Sequence record: SRR31156797_898
Direction: 5' to 3' (one strand)
Length of the DNA stretch: 49,386 nt
Part shown: positions 46,043 through 49,386 of the stretch, in pieces
Numbering within the stretch: the stretch's first letter is position 1
Layout: each line of letters begins with the position of its first letter
Notes under the pieces: model-generated
Told to the model about the DNA's origin: nothing
Database searches by the model: none
Seen by the model: the letters and a program-made list of their open reading frames with translations, nothing else
Made by a program: the position numbers and the translations under genes

Positions 46043-46573
46043 ATGACCACAATGTATTTCAAATCAACTTCCGAAGAGCCAGCGATAGCTATCAAAGCTT
46101 ATCAGGACTCAATCAAGCACTACTCAAGCCAGTTCAATCCTCTTGAAAAGGAGTTCAACGCAACTGCAATTTTCTCATATGACGTCCATGGTATGCGTTT
46201 CTATGACCTTGCGTTCAATGATTATCAGAATTTACCTGATAAAGACCTTTGGACAAAACCAGATCCTAAATACAAAAACGCATGCCGCATCCGATCTAGC
46301 GTTCGTGGCAAAGAAAATATGGCGCGATTGAATGAGCTTAAACAGCGCTACGAATCACTATTGCCAAAAGACATCGAGAAGCCTTGCCGGCACGAATTTT
46401 TTGATTCTATCGGTGTTAGCTGGGGAGATTTAATCTTCTGCGGCCTAGATTTCTTTGTTCACAACGAAGAGGTCTATTTGGCAACAAGCATGAACCTTAC
46501 AAAAAACGTTGTTGAAATTACGGGTAGTGCGTTTGACGCTGCCAAAAAAGCACATAACCAGAAAAGCGAGTAA
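46043..46573 (+). CDS. Hypothetical protein
   Basis: AGGTAACGACC-ATG start; 176 aa. Confidence 0.75.
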   Translation: MTTMYFKSTSEEPAIAIKAYQDSIKHYSSQFNPLEKEFNATAIFSYDVHGMRFYDLAFNDYQNLPDKDLWTKPDPKYKNACRIRSSVRGKENMARLNELKQRYESLLPKDIEKPCRHEFFDSIGVSWGDLIFCGLDFFVHNEEVYLATSMNLTKNVVEITGSAFDAAKKAHNQKSE

Positions 46574-46579
46574 CGACCA

Positions 46580-47719
46580 ATGTTTGCAAAAAATATGATC
46601 ATTTATCGCGTTAACCGTGACGTCGATTTCAATACTGAAAAGCTAGAACAGCAGCTTGAAGAATTTAAACTCACCCCATGTGGCTCACAGGACAAACAAA
46701 AATTTGGCTGGGTATCTGCATTGCCAAAAGGTGAAATGTTTACCCATTTGTCAGGTGGTCACATCCTGATCCGTTCTTGTAAACAGGAAAAACTATTACC
46801 AGCTGCTTGTATCAATAAACTCGTCAAAGAGAAAGTTGACTACATGGAAGCGCAAGAAGGGCGACCTCTCAAGAAAGCAGAAAAAGACGATATCAGAGAC
46901 GATATTGTTATGGATAAGCTGCCAACCGCTTTTATCAAAGATACTTTTACCAACGTATTTATCTTCCCTGCTGATGGTCTAATTGTTGTTGATACTTCAA
47001 CGCACAAGAAAGCTGAAGACACACTTGCCCTGCTTCGTAAATCAATGGGTAGTCTTCCTTGCATTCCTCTTATTCCGCAAATCGCAGTCGAAACAACATT
47101 AACCGAATGGGTTAAAACTGGTGACGTTCCTAGCGGTTATGAAATTGGTAATGCTGCTGATATGAAGTCAATTCTCGATGATGGCGGTACAGTCAAGCTC
47201 AAGAATAACGAGCTAACTTCTGATGCTGTCCACCAGCACATTGAAGAAAACAAGATGGTTATCGCGCTTGAGTTAAGTTGGCAAGATCGCATTAGTTTTG
47301 TGTTGAAAGAGAACATGCAGTTATCTCGCGTTAACTTCGGCGATGTAATTACCGATCAAAACGAAGACATACCGCGAGAAGATGTTCACGCTCGTATGGA
47401 TGCTGATTTCGCTTTGGCTGCTGGTGAAATGCTTGCTCTTATCAAGTCTCTAATCAATGTTCTTGGTGGCCTTCCTTCACTAGATGAAGAAGCAGAAACC
47501 TCTATGACAAAACTTGAACAGCGATGTGAAGATCTATTGGAAGATGCGATTGCGTTTGTTAAAGAAACTCGACGCGCTTCAATATCAGCACTGCAACGAA
47601 AGTTCAAGATTGGATACAACCATGCAGCAAGAGTCATGGAAAGAATGGAAGAAATGAACATTGTTTCTAAACCGGCACACAATGGCAACCGTGAAGTATT
47701 AGCCCCTCCTATCGCCTAG
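46580..47719 (+). CDS. rdgC: RdgC fused to a C-terminal FtsK-gamma domain
   Basis: MFAKNMIIYR, PCGSQD..FGW, EKLLP, AEDTLALLRKSMGSLP; C-terminal ASISALQRKFKIGYNHAARVME..REVL. Confidence 0.92.
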   Translation: MFAKNMIIYRVNRDVDFNTEKLEQQLEEFKLTPCGSQDKQKFGWVSALPKGEMFTHLSGGHILIRSCKQEKLLPAACINKLVKEKVDYMEAQEGRPLKKAEKDDIRDDIVMDKLPTAFIKDTFTNVFIFPADGLIVVDTSTHKKAEDTLALLRKSMGSLPCIPLIPQIAVETTLTEWVKTGDVPSGYEIGNAADMKSILDDGGTVKLKNNELTSDAVHQHIEENKMVIALELSWQDRISFVLKENMQLSRVNFGDVITDQNEDIPREDVHARMDADFALAAGEMLALIKSLINVLGGLPSLDEEAETSMTKLEQRCEDLLEDAIAFVKETRRASISALQRKFKIGYNHAARVMERMEEMNIVSKPAHNGNREVLAPPIA

Positions 47720-47739
47720 TAGCGCATAAATCTCAACCT

Positions 47740-47775
47740 GTCACCTACAAGATTATCAAAAGTGTTGTAGGTGAC
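47740..47775. repeat. 11-bp inverted repeat upstream of xis
   Basis: gtcacctacaa N14 ttgtaggtgac. Confidence 0.6.
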
Positions 47776-47810
47776 TTCAAAAGAAATTCAGCTATTTATA
47801 GGGACGATCT

Positions 47811-47996
47811 ATGCCAAGAGCAGCCGTGATCACGCTTAAAAAACACGCCTCCGATATCGGTTATAGCCCGAAAACAATCACCAATCGAATTCACGAAGGC
47901 TATTACCCTCCCGGAATATTTTACAAAGACAAAGGCCAGTGGCTAGTAGATACTGAGGAATGGGATAGATGGCACCGAAGCAACAACAAGCACTAG
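47811..47996 (+). CDS. xis: Excisionase
   Basis: 61-aa winged-helix-like ORF overlapping the int start. Confidence 0.75.
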   Translation: MPRAAVITLKKHASDIGYSPKTITNRIHEGYYPPGIFYKDKGQWLVDTEEWDRWHRSNNKH

Positions 47997-49195
47997 ACTT
48001 GCCAACCGGCATTGAACTTAACGGCAACTCACTTCGAATAGTTTTCCACTATCTTGGTAAACGATACCGAGAAACGTTAGGAATACCAGCTACTAAAAAG
48101 AACATCACATTCGCCAAGCAAAAGCGCGAGTCCATTCTTTATGAAATAAAGGTTGGATCATTCAACTACGCTTACCACTTCCCAAATTCAAAGCATGCTA
48201 CAGGCAAACCTCGTTCTAAGGACATTGGAGAACTTGCTGAAACCTATCTTGCTAGTAAGAAGCCAAACGTTAGAGGATCAACATTCAGGAAGTATTCCAC
48301 CGTATTACGTACATTCGTTTCAATTTACGGAAGCAAGCGACACTGTAACACCCTGTCACCTAGATCACTTGAGCAGTTTAGAAACGAACTAGCAGCAGGA
48401 AGAGCGGCTAGAACCGTCAACCGATACCTTGTCACAATAAAGTCTTTCATTAATTGGCTGCACAAAATGGAATACACAGATAAAGACTTCTCTCATCATT
48501 TATTAAGAGTGAAGGAGTACGAGTCTGATATTCGGCCGTTCTCAATTGATGAGTTTAACCAGGTGATATCGACGTATAGACACGAACAGCACAAGAACAT
48601 ATTTACGCTATTCGTTTATACAGGCCTTCGCTCTGGTGAATTGTGCGCGCTTGCTTGGGAAGATGTCGATTTTGATAAGAAGACAATCACCGTTAGGCGA
48701 TCAACCTATGACAATCGAGGCTTGAAAACGACGAAGACGGATAAGGAGAGAGTTATTGATTTGATGCCACCAGCTTATGAGGCACTAAAGTCTCAAATGA
48801 AACTCACATACCTTTACCCGGTAAAAAATCACGATGTTGAACTCCCTGATAAAACATTCAGGAAAGATAAGATCCGCTTTGTGTTTAATCCAAAAGCGGT
48901 GAAGCATCAAAAAGGCAGTGAATTTGATTACTATTGCAAACATGCATTAGGTAGAAGTTGGAGATTGCACTGTAAGCAAGCTGGAGTTGAACATCGGAAC
49001 CAATACCAACTTAGGCATACTTACGCCAGTTGGATGATTACCTTTGCCAACGTAAACGTGAGTTACTTAGCTCAACAAATGGGACATGCAAACATAACCA
49101 TGATCGCCAAGGTCTATGGTAAGTGGCTGACTGAGGCCAACAAGAAAGAGTCAAATAGGGCGTGGGAGGAATTGAAGAAAAGCCATAATTTATAA
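47969..49195 (+). CDS. int: Tyrosine integrase with arm-binding N-terminus
   Basis: YTGLRSGELCALAW, YQLRHTYAS, QMGH..VY; N-terminal LRIVFHYLGKRYRETL. Confidence 0.97.
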   Translation: MAPKQQQALDLPTGIELNGNSLRIVFHYLGKRYRETLGIPATKKNITFAKQKRESILYEIKVGSFNYAYHFPNSKHATGKPRSKDIGELAETYLASKKPNVRGSTFRKYSTVLRTFVSIYGSKRHCNTLSPRSLEQFRNELAAGRAARTVNRYLVTIKSFINWLHKMEYTDKDFSHHLLRVKEYESDIRPFSIDEFNQVISTYRHEQHKNIFTLFVYTGLRSGELCALAWEDVDFDKKTITVRRSTYDNRGLKTTKTDKERVIDLMPPAYEALKSQMKLTYLYPVKNHDVELPDKTFRKDKIRFVFNPKAVKHQKGSEFDYYCKHALGRSWRLHCKQAGVEHRNQYQLRHTYASWMITFANVNVSYLAQQMGHANITMIAKVYGKWLTEANKKESNRAWEELKKSHNL

Positions 49196-49235
49196 TTAGG
49201 GCGAAATTAGGGCATTTTTTAGGGCGGTATAGGGC
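49196..49235 (+). repeat. Integrase arm-type sites, (T/A)TAGGGC x4
   Basis: Copies at 49196, 49207, 49219 and 49229. Confidence 0.78.
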
Positions 49236-49251
49236 ATTATTTTCCATTCTA

Positions 49252-49267
49252 CTGTTTTTATGAACAG
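49252..49267. promoter_or_regulatory. LexA box near the att junction
   Basis: taCTGTTTTTATGAACAGt (CTG-N10-CAG with AT-rich core). Confidence 0.55.
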
Positions 49268-49279
49268 TTGGTAGAAAAT

Positions 49280-49306
49280 GAAAAGCGCCCCTTTCAGAGC
49301 GCTTTC
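49280..49306 (-). terminator. Terminator after tdh
   Basis: Minus strand gaaagcgc tct gaaa ggg gcgctttt. Confidence 0.8.
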
Positions 49307-49310
49307 AATG

Positions 49311-49385
49311 TTATTCCCAATCAAGGATAACTTTACCGGAAGCCCCGCTACGCATAGCGTCGAAGCCTTTTTGGAAGTCATCAAC
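49311..49385 (-). CDS. tdh: L-threonine 3-dehydrogenase, 3' end (partial)
   Basis: VDDFQKGFDAMRSGASGKVILDWE*, matching the Tdh C-terminus. Confidence 0.9.
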   Translation of the reverse strand, partial: VDDFQKGFDAMRSGASGKVILDWE

Positions 49386-49386
49386 C

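Larger units (their letters stand above)
1..49386. mobile_element. Complete lambdoid siphovirus-type prophage integrated in tdh
   Basis: Full gene set from integrase to tail fibres; tdh-derived sequence and arm-type repeats at both ends. Confidence 0.95.

Noticed and set aside
28144-46582. GGTAACGACC repeats as a CRISPR or integron-like cassette array
   Set aside because: Too short, irregularly spaced, not palindromic, tied to start codons; no cas or attC structure
49196-49384. 62-aa minus-strand ORF in the track
   Set aside because: Off-frame overlap of the tdh tail, running through its terminator and the arm sites

Overview
The window is an apparently complete, ~49 kb temperate lambdoid siphophage prophage. 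A Vibrionaceae-like gammaproteobacterial host is inferred, not proven. It is integrated into the 3' part of the host L-threonine 3-dehydrogenase gene (tdh): both window ends translate as Tdh C-terminal sequence, and TTAGGGC integrase arm-type repeats sit at both ends. Minus strand, right to left: cro, cII-like, replication O/P-like, nin-like genes, Q, lysis (holin, SAR endolysin, embedded spanins), terminase, portal, head, neck, tail, a Lom/Ail moron, tape measure, lambda-type M/L/K/I/J tail tip and two fibre genes. Plus strand: cI with three OR-like and two OL-like operators, then a long early operon (Bet/Exo, DEDDh exonuclease, HNH, three methyltransferases, an RdgC-FtsK-gamma fusion, xis, int). 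Two RNA-level features stand out. (1) A GGTAACGACC(A)ATG motif sits at the start codon of about 12 early ORFs, and two paralogous minus-strand small-RNA candidates each display three copies of its complement (UUGGUCG/UUGGUUG). This suggests a phage-encoded antisense translational regulon. (2) A 1.3-kb ORF-poor RNA array follows pL and an rrn-type boxA. It holds several long-stem-enclosed modules, a giant tRNA-like RNA, a variant tRNA-Lys(UUU) and a D-armless tRNA-Arg(UCU)-like RNA. All calls were made by eye, with no database searches.
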